A stretch of 60,509 nucleotides of DNA from IMG/VR virus record IMGVR_UViG_3300012200_000002, positions 1 to 60,509 of that record, one strand, 5' to 3'. The DNA comes from a virus (lineage: Duplodnaviria > Caudoviricetes). Positions 8,601 through 17,114 of the stretch are shown piece by piece. The notes below the pieces were generated by a model. That model saw only the letters and a list, made by a program, of their open reading frames with translations. It did not search any database and was not told where the DNA came from. The position numbers and the translations under genes were made by a program. Position 1 is the stretch's first letter. Each line of letters starts with the position of its first letter.

Positions 8601-8890
8601 ACAGCATGACCACCGCACTCCCCACCGCCCGCTTCCGGGCCATCCGCACTCGCTTCGTCGGGCCGACCAACACCCGCGGCTCGCGCGTCATCGCCGACGC
8701 CGGCGACCGTGCCAGCCGTGTGGTCCTCGACTGGGATCACGCCCTGAACTCTGAGCAGAACCACGCCACCGCCGCCGTCGCGGTCACTGAAAAGATGGGC
8801 TGGACCGGCGAGTACTACACGCCCCTGGTCGGCGGCGGATACGGGATGGACACCTACTGGGTGTTCACGTCCGAGGCGGCTCAGTCATGA
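8597..8890 (+). CDS. Phage hypothetical protein (GPTNTRGSR motif)
   Basis: ATGA coupling; motif recalled from small phage early proteins. Confidence 0.75.
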   Translation: MNSMTTALPTARFRAIRTRFVGPTNTRGSRVIADAGDRASRVVLDWDHALNSEQNHATAAVAVTEKMGWTGEYYTPLVGGGYGMDTYWVFTSEAAQS

Positions 8891-9165
8891 GCGAGCGGCG
8901 TGGCCTGGTGTTCTACACGTGCGGCCACCAGGAGCCCATCCCGTCCAAGCCGGACCGTCACGTCGACGGTCCGTGCTCGAGCTGTCGCCAGGCAGCCTCG
9001 CCGCTCGAGATCTCGCGCCGCAAGACCTTCACGCTGCAGATGCTCTACCGCGGCCTGTACACCGAGTGCCCCTCGGCGTGGGTCGCCTGCGCCGCCTGCG
9101 GCGCGCTGTACCCCGACCCGTCCGACCTCAGCGACTGCCACCGCTGTCCAGTGTCGCCATGCTAA
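8887..9165 (+). CDS. Cys-rich hypothetical protein
   Basis: ATGA coupling; several CxxC motifs. Confidence 0.65.
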   Translation: MSERRGLVFYTCGHQEPIPSKPDRHVDGPCSSCRQAASPLEISRRKTFTLQMLYRGLYTECPSAWVACAACGALYPDPSDLSDCHRCPVSPC

Positions 9166-9168
9166 TTA

Positions 9169-9216
9169 CTGGCGACAATGCTGATGTTGTGTATAATGTC
9201 GTCATGAACCGCACCG
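9169..9216 (+). promoter_or_regulatory. Leaderless promoter + 5' tag, copy 3
   Basis: CTGGCG-17-TATAAT-6nt-ATGAACCGCACCG. Confidence 0.85.
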
Positions 9217-9995
9217 CTTCCCCCGCCCGCCGCTCGCTCGCCGAGCTCAATCTGGGCTTTGTCACCGAGGGCGCCACCTCCGACTTCGACACCCGCACCG
9301 AGTACCGCGTCGGCAAATGGGGCCTGGCCTGGTCGCGCGATGGCTTCGCCAGCGGCGGCCTGGGCGGTGACCACCTGCACCTGAGCGTGGTCACCGTCAT
9401 CACCGCCATCCACCCCGACTACGACTGGCGCCCGTACTGCGCCGCCAGCGCCTACCTGGGCTACGGCAACGCCGAGCAGAAGGCGGCCCGCCGCGATCGC
9501 CAGGTCGCCGGCCACGGCAGCTACAACCACCGCTGCAACCAGCCCAAGGTCGGCGACGCGATCAGCGTCCGCCCGGTCTGCCGCGACAACAACGTGCGCG
9601 GCACCTTCGTCTTCGACGGCGCGACCGCCGACACCGACGTGGTCGACTGCATCAACTGCCGCCGCGGATTCTTCGGCGAGCAGGTCGACGTGGTCGCCGT
9701 CAAGGCCGACCGCGCCGCCGCCAGCGAGGCCAAGAAAGCCAGCCGCCCGCTGCCGACGCGCTGCTTCCACTGTGGCGACATCCGCCCGAAGACCAAAGCC
9801 ACCGCCGCCGGCGAGCAGCTCCCCTGCTCGAACTGCAAGGACAACTTCGAGACCATCTGGTGGGTCGAGACCACCGGCTACTCGTGCAGCTACTTCGCCG
9901 AGTTCCCCAAGCCCCACCTGCTCGAGCTCGGGCTGGCCGACGAGACCGCCGCCTGCGAGCGCCTCGAGCGCGTGGAAGGCAAGTGGTTCCGATGA
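9204..9995 (+). CDS. Zn-finger hypothetical protein (MNRT start)
   Basis: CINC, CFHC and CSNC motifs. Confidence 0.8.
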   Translation: MNRTASPARRSLAELNLGFVTEGATSDFDTRTEYRVGKWGLAWSRDGFASGGLGGDHLHLSVVTVITAIHPDYDWRPYCAASAYLGYGNAEQKAARRDRQVAGHGSYNHRCNQPKVGDAISVRPVCRDNNVRGTFVFDGATADTDVVDCINCRRGFFGEQVDVVAVKADRAAASEAKKASRPLPTRCFHCGDIRPKTKATAAGEQLPCSNCKDNFETIWWVETTGYSCSYFAEFPKPHLLELGLADETAACERLERVEGKWFR

Positions 9996-10447
9996 GAGGT
10001 GATCAAGAGCCAACCATGACTCCCGAGAGTCGATACGAATACAAACCCAACCTTACGCACGTGCAGACGTTGGACGAACCACTGAGGGCAGTCCGCCAGA
10101 AGCGGATCGCTGAGGTGCTCGCGGAGACAATCAAAGCACTGATCGCTAACGGATACACCACCGACGAAATCGTCTCCGCACTCGGAAGCCAAGTCGTGCG
10201 AATGCGAAGCGTTCATCGCCGAGGAGACCCAACCATGACCCCCACCCGTACACCCCTGCCCGAGGTATGGCAGGAACGCCACGAGCCGCTGCCGACGTTC
10301 CCTGAGAGCTGCCCGGTGTGTGGCGCCGCCGCGAGCGCCCACGGCAACCGCTACCACCCGGTGACGTACGCCTGTGGCGCCGCGTACACCGACAAGCCGC
10401 AGATTCAGAACCACACCGACAAGTGGTGGGGAGCGTGTCCGGGGTGA
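9992..10447 (+). CDS. Hypothetical protein with internal in-frame start at 10235
   Basis: ATGA coupling; GAGGAG SD before 10235; C-terminal CPVC. Confidence 0.6.
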   Translation: MRGDQEPTMTPESRYEYKPNLTHVQTLDEPLRAVRQKRIAEVLAETIKALIANGYTTDEIVSALGSQVVRMRSVHRRGDPTMTPTRTPLPEVWQERHEPLPTFPESCPVCGAAASAHGNRYHPVTYACGAAYTDKPQIQNHTDKWWGACPG

Positions 10448-10644
10448 GGGAGCTGTGCCAGCGTTCTGGACACGATGCCGACGAGCTGCGCTCGGGCGCG
10501 AAGTGGCTCATCCGCAAACCAGGCGAGTCGCTGCCCGACTGCCCCGAGTGCGGGCGTCGGGACCTGATTGTGACCGCGCATAAGCAGTGGCCGCGCCACT
10601 ACCGCGTGCGTCGCTGGATCCGTCCCGAAGCGAGCCAAGCATGA
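10444..10644 (+). CDS. Small Zn-binding hypothetical protein
   Basis: GTGA coupling; CPEC. Confidence 0.55.
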   Translation: MRELCQRSGHDADELRSGAKWLIRKPGESLPDCPECGRRDLIVTAHKQWPRHYRVRRWIRPEASQA

Positions 10645-10700
10645 CAGGGCGCGGTGAGCTCGAAAGCCGCGGCGACCACACCGAAAAGGAACACACGACC

Positions 10701-10991
10701 ATGACCCCCACCAATTGGATCGACATCACCGACGAGCCCGCGCCACCGTTCCCCGAGCAGAGCATCGAGCTCGACTGCCCGCCCGGTGACCCGCGGCCTG
10801 GCGACCTGATCGCTGAGGTGATCCTGGGCACCGGCCTGCCGGCGCGCCCGGCCAGGAGCAAGGTGTTCGGCAACTGGGTCTGGGACTACTCGGACATTGA
10901 CCCCGAGGCGTGGGCGGCGGCCAAGGCGATCGTCGGCCCGCGGATCGCCCGACTGCACGACCGCGGCGTGATCCGCTACGGGAGCTGGTAA
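10701..10991 (+). CDS. Hypothetical protein (alternative start 10641)
   Basis: AAGGA SD; ends IRYGSW. Confidence 0.7.
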   Translation: MTPTNWIDITDEPAPPFPEQSIELDCPPGDPRPGDLIAEVILGTGLPARPARSKVFGNWVWDYSDIDPEAWAAAKAIVGPRIARLHDRGVIRYGSW

Positions 10992-11013
10992 GCGCGCGTA
11001 AACGCACAGGACT

Positions 11014-11060
11014 GGCGCCGGCACCTCGCGAAGCGGTTCATGGGGTGCCGGCGTTTCCTT
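11014..11060 (+). terminator. Intrinsic terminator-like hairpin carrying an anti-tag sequence
   Basis: 19-position stem (11014-11032 / 11037-11055; one mismatch, four G-U), GCGG loop, running into TTTCCTT. Confidence 0.75.
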
Positions 11061-11081
11061 ACCCCGCGTGCATTGTATTTG

Positions 11082-11132
11082 TTGCAGGCATTGTTGCCAC
11101 CGTGTATATTGTAGTCATGAACCGCACCGACG
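11082..11132 (+). promoter_or_regulatory. Leaderless promoter + 5' tag, copy 4
   Basis: TTGCAG-17-TATATT-6nt-ATGAACCGCACCGACG. Confidence 0.85.
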
Positions 11133-12085
11133 TCCTCGACCTGGCCAACGGCCTGGGTCGCAAGTTCGAAACCTTCGACATCACGCCCGAGCTGACCGCC
11201 ATCGCCCGCGAGTACCTGGCCGCCTACCAGGGCAACTTCAGCTTCCTGCTCGACCTGCGCGCCAAGAGCGCCCGCGGCCTCAGCGCTGGCCAGGCCAAGG
11301 GTGTGCTGAACTGCCTGCTGGCCGACCTGCGCCGCAGCGCCCCGAAGGCTGCCGCCGCCCCGGCCGCGGTCCTCAACCTGGCCGCCATCCCCGACGGCCG
11401 CTACCGCGTGGTCGACGGCCTGGACGGCTCGAGCACGACCGCGGTGCGCCTGGTCAAGGCCACCTGGGCCACCGACAAACCAGCCGGCACGCGCTCGATC
11501 GCCATCCGCTCGGCCGAAGGCTGGACCAACCTGGGCTTCGTCAGCCCCGAGGGAGAGATCTCGCTGTGGCGCAAGGCGGAGGCCTTCAAGGCGCGCGTGC
11601 TGGCCAGCCTGGCCATCCTGGCCAAGGCCGACGACACGCTGGTGTACGGTCTGGCCTACGCCATGGAAGGCAGCGAGTGCTACATCTGTGGCCTCGAGCT
11701 CGACACGGCCGAGTCGCTCAGCGTCGGCTACGGCCCGACGTGCGCCAAGAACCGCGGCCTGCCCTGGGGCGCCAAGGCGGTCCCGGCCCAGGTCCTGCTG
11801 GCCAGGGCCCAGGCCTCGGGCGCCTCGCCGGTCGAGTTGGCGCAGGCCGAGCGCGCGGCCGCCGCGGCCAAGGCGCAGTCGCTGGTGAGCGCCGCTCGCC
11901 CGAGCCGCCGCAGCTACGACGAGATCTTCGATGTCCAGTGCCGCCAGTGCGCGCCGTTCGACTGCGACGACCCCGACCGCCACCTGGGCGTGCCGTCGCA
12001 CTACACGCCACTCAAGAATCGCGGCTGTCGGTGTGATGCGGACGTCACGGGTTTCGATTGCATGTGCTTCGAGGGTGCTGCCTGA
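11117..12085 (+). CDS. DUF6011-like Zn-finger protein (MNRT start)
   Basis: CYICGLELDTAESLSVGYGPTC motif. Confidence 0.75.
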   Translation: MNRTDVLDLANGLGRKFETFDITPELTAIAREYLAAYQGNFSFLLDLRAKSARGLSAGQAKGVLNCLLADLRRSAPKAAAAPAAVLNLAAIPDGRYRVVDGLDGSSTTAVRLVKATWATDKPAGTRSIAIRSAEGWTNLGFVSPEGEISLWRKAEAFKARVLASLAILAKADDTLVYGLAYAMEGSECYICGLELDTAESLSVGYGPTCAKNRGLPWGAKAVPAQVLLARAQASGASPVELAQAERAAAAAKAQSLVSAARPSRRSYDEIFDVQCRQCAPFDCDDPDRHLGVPSHYTPLKNRGCRCDADVTGFDCMCFEGAA

Positions 12086-12108
12086 CCGGCAGCACCAATC
12101 TATTTATT
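12074..12108 (+). terminator. Terminator-like hairpin
   Basis: GGTGCTGCC-TGACC-GGCAGCACC followed by an AT-rich tract. Confidence 0.6.
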
Positions 12109-12154
12109 GCAGCCATTGTGAGCATTGTGTATATTCTATCCATGGACCGCACCG
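12107..12154 (+). promoter_or_regulatory. Leaderless promoter + 5' tag, copy 5 (variant)
   Basis: TTGCAG-17-TATATT-6nt-ATGGACCGCACCG. Confidence 0.85.
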
Positions 12155-12570
12155 CTTTCACCGTCGTCGCCGGCTTCGAAGCCGCCGCCCGCCACGAGGC
12201 CGCCCTGGCCACCGCCGCCGCCGCCCCTAGCTTTGACCTGCCGCGCTGGCAGGAGCGCAGCGACCCGACCGTCGCCGCCGAGATCGTCGTGACCATCTAC
12301 GGCTACGGCCTGCGCTACGCCAGCGGGCTGCAGAACTTCGCCATCATCGCCAGCGCGCAGTACCTGGGCACGCTCGAGAAGGCGCTCGCGTACGCGCAGC
12401 GCTGGGCCGCGCAGAACCCCGACACCAACTTCGTGTTCATCCGCAACACCTCGCTGGCCCAGGCCGGCGCGATCGCGGCCAAGGTCGCCGAGCGCGAGGC
12501 GGGCATCGCCCGAGCTGCCGCCGCTCAGCGCGAGGCGCAAGAGCGCCTGTACGGGAAGGCCAAGTCATGA
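12142..12570 (+). CDS. Hypothetical protein (MDRT start)
   Basis: ORF begins at the tag ATG. Confidence 0.8.
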   Translation: MDRTAFTVVAGFEAAARHEAALATAAAAPSFDLPRWQERSDPTVAAEIVVTIYGYGLRYASGLQNFAIIASAQYLGTLEKALAYAQRWAAQNPDTNFVFIRNTSLAQAGAIAAKVAEREAGIARAAAAQREAQERLYGKAKS

Positions 12571-13088
12571 ACCATCCACTCGATTCGCTCACCAGCGAGC
12601 TGACCGCGTTCAATTCGTTCCGCGAGCTGGTCGACAGCGCGCCGCAGTACCGCCCGACCATCCTGCCGCGCGACAACCAGCACATCGACCTGGCCGACGG
12701 CTACGACGCCTTCCAGGCCGAGCGCGGTGATGCCCGCCGAGCCTGGCGCGGCGGCTCGGATGTCGTGCGTACGCCCGCCGTGCCCTCGGCCGACAGCCTG
12801 CTGACGGTCACCCTGGGCGGCGTGCCAGCTCGCTCAGGGCTGTACTCGGAGTGGCTGCGCGCCATCCACGAGATCAACGGCGAGTGCGGCCCGGACGACG
12901 TCAAACCCTTCGGCTCGCCAGACTCGCACGCGGGCGCCGACGGCTCGTACATCGAGGAGTACCCGGAGTACCGCGTCATCCTGCGCCACACCGAGTGGGG
13001 CAACGACCAGAACAGCGGCACCATCGAGGCCAAGACGCCCGAGGCCGCCCAGGCGCTCAAGCGCGCGCTGGCGGTGCTGCTCGCATGA
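12567..13088 (+). CDS. Hypothetical protein
   Basis: ATGA coupling; 173 aa. Confidence 0.75.
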   Translation: MNHPLDSLTSELTAFNSFRELVDSAPQYRPTILPRDNQHIDLADGYDAFQAERGDARRAWRGGSDVVRTPAVPSADSLLTVTLGGVPARSGLYSEWLRAIHEINGECGPDDVKPFGSPDSHAGADGSYIEEYPEYRVILRHTEWGNDQNSGTIEAKTPEAAQALKRALAVLLA

Positions 13089-13363
13089 GCTACGTCTCGC
13101 TCGTCTTCGAGTGCGCCAACTGCGGGCACATGGACATGGCCAACCCCGAGCTGGTCCTGTCCATCCCCGCGCGGCGCGAGGGCGGCCGCTTCGTGCCCGA
13201 CCCGAACGGCAAGCGCGAGCCGATCTGCCGCTTCTGCGCGGTGCAGGCCCTCGAGCGCATCCGCTCGGGCGACCCGATGCTCACCTCGGTGTCGCCAGTG
13301 CTGCGCGAGCCGGACTACTTCGACCGCGCGTACGGCGAACCCGCCGCGGACTTCGAGCCATGA
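13085..13363 (+). CDS. Zn-binding hypothetical protein
   Basis: ATGA coupling; CANC and CRFC. Confidence 0.7.
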   Translation: MSYVSLVFECANCGHMDMANPELVLSIPARREGGRFVPDPNGKREPICRFCAVQALERIRSGDPMLTSVSPVLREPDYFDRAYGEPAADFEP

Positions 13364-13572
13364 ATGTGTGCGCCTACTGGCACGACCACCCCGAGGGGGA
13401 TCCGAGCTTCGACGACTGCCAGGCCGCCGCGGCGGCCGCCCGCCGTGCGCTGCCGAACTGCCTGGTCTGCCGCCAGCCGGTCTCGGCCGCCGACGACTGC
13501 GTCGCAGCCAACACCTGGGTGGCCCACCGCGAGTGCGTCTACCGCCGCGCCGCGCGGCGTGTGCGCAAGTAA
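13360..13572 (+). CDS. Small Cys/His hypothetical protein
   Basis: ATGA coupling; CLVC...HREC. Confidence 0.6.
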   Translation: MNVCAYWHDHPEGDPSFDDCQAAAAAARRALPNCLVCRQPVSAADDCVAANTWVAHRECVYRRAARRVRK

Positions 13573-13583
13573 AGGAGATCCCG

Positions 13584-13808
13584 ATGTCCTACGACCCTTA
13601 CGCTTCTGAGTCCAGCGGCGACCACGAGACCACCACCGATCAGGTGTACCTGCGCCACATCCGCCAGGAGCTGCAGCACGTCACTGCGGCGCTCGGCCCG
13701 CTGAGCGAGCTCGTGCTCGAGTTGCGCACGCTCAACACCAACCTGAACAGCATCGACTCGCGCCTGGACTACCTGGCCCAGCTCGTGGGCGCCGGCGGCT
13801 GGCGCTGA
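13584..13808 (+). CDS. Small coiled-coil protein
   Basis: AAGGAG SD; heptad leucines. Confidence 0.7.
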   Translation: MSYDPYASESSGDHETTTDQVYLRHIRQELQHVTAALGPLSELVLELRTLNTNLNSIDSRLDYLAQLVGAGGWR

Positions 13809-13811
13809 GTC

Positions 13812-13872
13812 GCAAGTAATACTTGCTCGGCATTGGCTGCATTGAGTATATTGTCGGTATGAACCGCACCGA
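13812..13872 (+). promoter_or_regulatory. Operator + leaderless promoter + 5' tag, copy 6
   Basis: GCAAG-TAATA-CTTGC overlaps TTGCTC-18-TATATT-6nt-ATGAACCGCACCGA. Confidence 0.85.
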
Positions 13873-14170
13873 GCTGGTCAGGACCGACCTGATCTACACC
13901 GAGACCGTCTACACCCTGTGGACCAAACTGCCGTGGCAGCGCAAGACGCGCGCCTTCGCCGCCTACTCGGTCATGTACCACCCGAGCGGCCAGGTCACTG
14001 TCGACGTGTCCTACTTCGACTACAAGACCGGCAAGCGCAAGGTGAGCTTCATGACCAAGCCCGCGGAGATCGCCGCCAAGCTCATCGAGTGGCGGGCCCA
14101 GGACAACCACGGCGTCAGCTACAGCCACCAGGAGCACTACGGCTATGAGCTGCGCGAGGTGTCGGCGTGA
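13859..14170 (+). CDS. Hypothetical protein (MNRT start)
   Basis: ORF begins at the tag ATG. Confidence 0.8.
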   Translation: MNRTELVRTDLIYTETVYTLWTKLPWQRKTRAFAAYSVMYHPSGQVTVDVSYFDYKTGKRKVSFMTKPAEIAAKLIEWRAQDNHGVSYSHQEHYGYELREVSA

Positions 14171-14547
14171 CCGACGAGCGCGCGGCCGAGCTGCGCCAGC
14201 ACCGCGCTGAGCTGGCCCAGCGCTTCGCTTCGAACGCGCGCGACACCAAGGCGCAGGCCCTCGCCGACGGCGCCACGAGCTGGATCCCGTTCACCTCGAA
14301 GGACGGCCGCTACAAGGGCTTCTGTGTCCCCTCGAGCCAGGACGGCAAGTACTACACCGTCACCATCGACGACTGCGACTGCCCCGACGCGCAGCGCCAC
14401 ACCACGACTTGCAAGCACCGCCGCGCCCTGCGCCTGGTGCTCGAGCGCCAGGGCATCCTGGCGGAATTCATGCCGGCGGCGGTCACCGAGGGTGACGCCG
14501 CGTTCTGGGCCCGCCTTGGCGTGCTGCCCACCACCCGAGAAGACTAG
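14167..14547 (+). CDS. SWIM zinc-finger protein
   Basis: YTVT..CDCPD......CKH motif. Confidence 0.8.
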   Translation: MTDERAAELRQHRAELAQRFASNARDTKAQALADGATSWIPFTSKDGRYKGFCVPSSQDGKYYTVTIDDCDCPDAQRHTTTCKHRRALRLVLERQGILAEFMPAAVTEGDAAFWARLGVLPTTRED

Positions 14548-14566
14548 GAGCTTGAGGATCCCCGTC

Positions 14567-14833
14567 ATGAACACCCCCAACATCGTCGTCCTGACCGAAG
14601 TCGGCGGCCTCCCGCTGGGCCCCGGCCACGACCACGCGGTCTACATCAATCCGGCCCACATCGTCGAGTGGACCAGCGCCAAGGCGCCCAAGGGCGCGAC
14701 CTCGATCAAGCTGGTCGGCATCGAGTACGAGCTGTTCGTGCGCGAGTCGCCGCGCGAGGTCTTCCACCTGGTCACCGGCGACGAGCTGCCCGAGCTCGAG
14801 GCCGAACCGAACGGCCACATCCGGGCCCTGTGA
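14567..14833 (+). CDS. FlbD-like small beta protein
   Basis: VYINPAHI...TSIKL...VRESPREV pattern; GAGG SD. Confidence 0.55.
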   Translation: MNTPNIVVLTEVGGLPLGPGHDHAVYINPAHIVEWTSAKAPKGATSIKLVGIEYELFVRESPREVFHLVTGDELPELEAEPNGHIRAL

Positions 14834-15006
14834 ACTACGCCATCGTCATCGTGCAGCGCTACGCCATCCTTCGGGATGGCCAGCGCGTGGCCAACACCCC
14901 CGACTACCCGAGCGCGGATGACGCACGCCGCGCCATCGTCAAGCTCAGGCGCCAGGACGCCGTGGCCGCGGCCAGGCAGGCGCGCGAACAGGAGCAACAG
15001 CCATGA
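14830..15006 (+). CDS. Hypothetical protein
   Basis: Coupled to neighbours on both sides. Confidence 0.55.
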   Translation: MNYAIVIVQRYAILRDGQRVANTPDYPSADDARRAIVKLRRQDAVAAARQAREQEQQP

Positions 15007-15251
15007 CCACCGCTGGAGAAGCACAGGCAGCGATCAACGAGGCCAAGGCCAAAGCTCGTAACGCCAGCCGCGAGCGTCGCCTGCAGCAATACCAGGGCCA
15101 GACTGCATCACACGTGGCCGTGGCCAGCTTCGACGACGGCTTCGACGCCGGCTACCAGGCCGGCTTCCAGCAGGCGCTCAGCTCGCTTCAGGAGGCCCTG
15201 CTCGACTCCATCAAGGCGCAGCGCAGCGGCATCATGTCGAGACTGATGTGA
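15003..15251 (+). CDS. Hypothetical protein
   Basis: AGGAG SD; coupled start. Confidence 0.65.
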   Translation: MTTAGEAQAAINEAKAKARNASRERRLQQYQGQTASHVAVASFDDGFDAGYQAGFQQALSSLQEALLDSIKAQRSGIMSRLM

Positions 15252-15508
15252 GCCAGTCGCTGGCGTCAGCCCAGTTCATGACCGCCCTGGCCACCCTGGT
15301 CGTGTTCGGCGTCGCGTACGGCGTCGGGCACGAGGTGCGCGCGCGTTCGCTGTGGGCCAAGCTGGGCGGCCTGCTCATCCTCGTCGGCGGCCTGGCCGCC
15401 TTCTCGGTCGTGGCCAACACCTTCGACAGCTCGGTCTTCGCCGTGCTCATCCTGCCGGTGCTGATCGGCTTCGGCGTCGGACTGCGCAAGCCCTCGCCCG
15501 CGGTCTAG
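15248..15508 (+). CDS. Small membrane protein (about 3 TM)
   Basis: Three hydrophobic segments. Confidence 0.7.
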   Translation: MSQSLASAQFMTALATLVVFGVAYGVGHEVRARSLWAKLGGLLILVGGLAAFSVVANTFDSSVFAVLILPVLIGFGVGLRKPSPAV

Positions 15509-15660
15509 GGGATCAGGCGCGCCAGGGCCACCCCGCCGAGCAGTCCGGCCAGTCTGAGCTCGAGCTGGCCAATCGCGGCAAACACAATAACGAGCAAAAA
15601 GACGACCAGCGCCAGTAGCCAGCCGACGGTGACCCACGTGGGAGCTCCTGTGATGTGCAT
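15505..15660 (-). CDS. 51-aa membrane protein, holin candidate (not in ORF track)
   Basis: GAGGGAG SD; MHITGAPTWVTVGWLLALVVFLLVIVFAAIGQLELRLAGLLGGVALARLIP; last gene of the virion operon. Confidence 0.65.
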   Translation of the reverse strand: MHITGAPTWVTVGWLLALVVFLLVIVFAAIGQLELRLAGLLGGVALARLIP

Positions 15661-15676
15661 GCGATTTCTCCCTCTC

Positions 15677-16447
15677 TTATTGCGACCCCACCGTCAGGTA
15701 GAAGCCACCACTGCCCAGGTTTACGGCCTTCCCCGAGGGCTGACTGGTGATGATGACGTCGAAGCCGTACGTCTGACCCGCCACGAAGGCGCCCTGGTAC
15801 ATGGCGACAATTGGCTCGGGGATGTCCACGTCGCACAGCGTGCGCCAGCCGTTCGCCTGACCGTCGAACAGAACGGCTCCGGTTGAGACGTTACGGATGC
15901 GCGCATACGCGGTGTAATCGCCCGCCGTGGTGTCCCTGCGTTGGCCGCCACACCAGCCGCCTGCCTGACCAAAGCCGCTGCGAGGTGCGACCAGGGTGGC
16001 CACGGCTACCCAACCAGTGCTGTTGTTGGCCCCGCTGAACGCAGTCATGCCGACGCTCTGGCCATCGGTGGTCTTCGACGCCGCGCCGGCGCCGTAGCCG
16101 GCGTTGTAGCCGGCGTTGTACTGGTTGGTCCACACGTTGGGGTCGCTGTGCGCGTCGGTGCTCCACAGATTGCCGCTGCCCCACGCGCCGCCGTCGTAGG
16201 CGGCAGCCCCGCGCTGCACTGCGTCGGTCTCGAAAGACTGACCACTGCTCCACACCCGAGTCGCGCCCCAGGCCTGATTGGCGCGCCCGGCCCAGGTATC
16301 TCGGTCGGCGGCGTTCTGGTCCCGCTGGGTCCTGTAACTGACACCTGAGTTCCAGACCTGCGAGTCGCCCCAGGCCTGGTTGGCGCGGGTGGTCCACGTC
16401 TGCACCAGGCTCCACAGGTACGCCACGCTGGCGCCCAGGTACGTCAC
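15677..16447 (-). CDS. Putative tail/fibre-associated virion protein
   Basis: GTG start at upstream stop; Trp-rich repeats then a beta-rich C-terminus. Confidence 0.6.
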   Translation of the reverse strand: MTYLGASVAYLWSLVQTWTTRANQAWGDSQVWNSGVSYRTQRDQNAADRDTWAGRANQAWGATRVWSSGQSFETDAVQRGAAAYDGGAWGSGNLWSTDAHSDPNVWTNQYNAGYNAGYGAGAASKTTDGQSVGMTAFSGANNSTGWVAVATLVAPRSGFGQAGGWCGGQRRDTTAGDYTAYARIRNVSTGAVLFDGQANGWRTLCDVDIPEPIVAMYQGAFVAGQTYGFDVIITSQPSGKAVNLGSGGFYLTVGSQ

Positions 16448-17103
16448 TAGATCGCCCGCCAGTTGGTGGAGTCGCTCTTGTAGGTCAGCGCGTCGCCGGG
16501 GCTGATGGTCCCGTTCATGACCGCGCCGGTGCTGGTGTTGATGCTGCCGCCGATGACCGAGCCGCCCGCGGCTATCACCGTCGTGGTACCAGCGATCGCC
16601 GAGACCAGGATCGGGCGGTTGGTCCCACTGGCCACCGGCAGCGTGACCGTCACGCCCAGCGTGCAGAACACGAACTGGATGCCCGCGGCCACCACGTAGC
16701 TCACACCTGTGGTGACCCACGAGTTGGCGTACAGCGACTCGAGTGAGACCGAGCCGCCCGAGTAGCCACTGGTACCGTGGACGTGGTCACCGCCGGCCAC
16801 CTGGCCAGCGGCCGAGCCGACGTCCGAACCGATCAGCGGGACCGTCGCCGCGGCGCCGGCCTTGGACAGCCGGACACCCGTCGCGTCGACCGACAGCAGC
16901 ACCGTCGAGCCGTCCGAGGCAAAGATGACCAGCCCGCGGCTGGCCGCATCCGAGTTGCGCAGGCTGAGTGCGTACGACAGCGGGTCATTGACGATCGTCG
17001 CCAGCGGCGTGTTGCGCCGCCCGGTCAGCGCGTCGATGACCTGCTGGATGTCCTGGGCCGCGGCCGGCGTTTTGCCCGTTGCGATGTCAGTGAAGGCTGG
17101 CAT
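16447..17103 (-). CDS. Putative tail protein
   Basis: GGAGG SD; G/S/T-rich; position in operon. Confidence 0.6.
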   Translation of the reverse strand: MPAFTDIATGKTPAAAQDIQQVIDALTGRRNTPLATIVNDPLSYALSLRNSDAASRGLVIFASDGSTVLLSVDATGVRLSKAGAAATVPLIGSDVGSAAGQVAGGDHVHGTSGYSGGSVSLESLYANSWVTTGVSYVVAAGIQFVFCTLGVTVTLPVASGTNRPILVSAIAGTTTVIAAGGSVIGGSINTSTGAVMNGTISPGDALTYKSDSTNWRAI

Positions 17104-17114
17104 CTGTCACCTCC

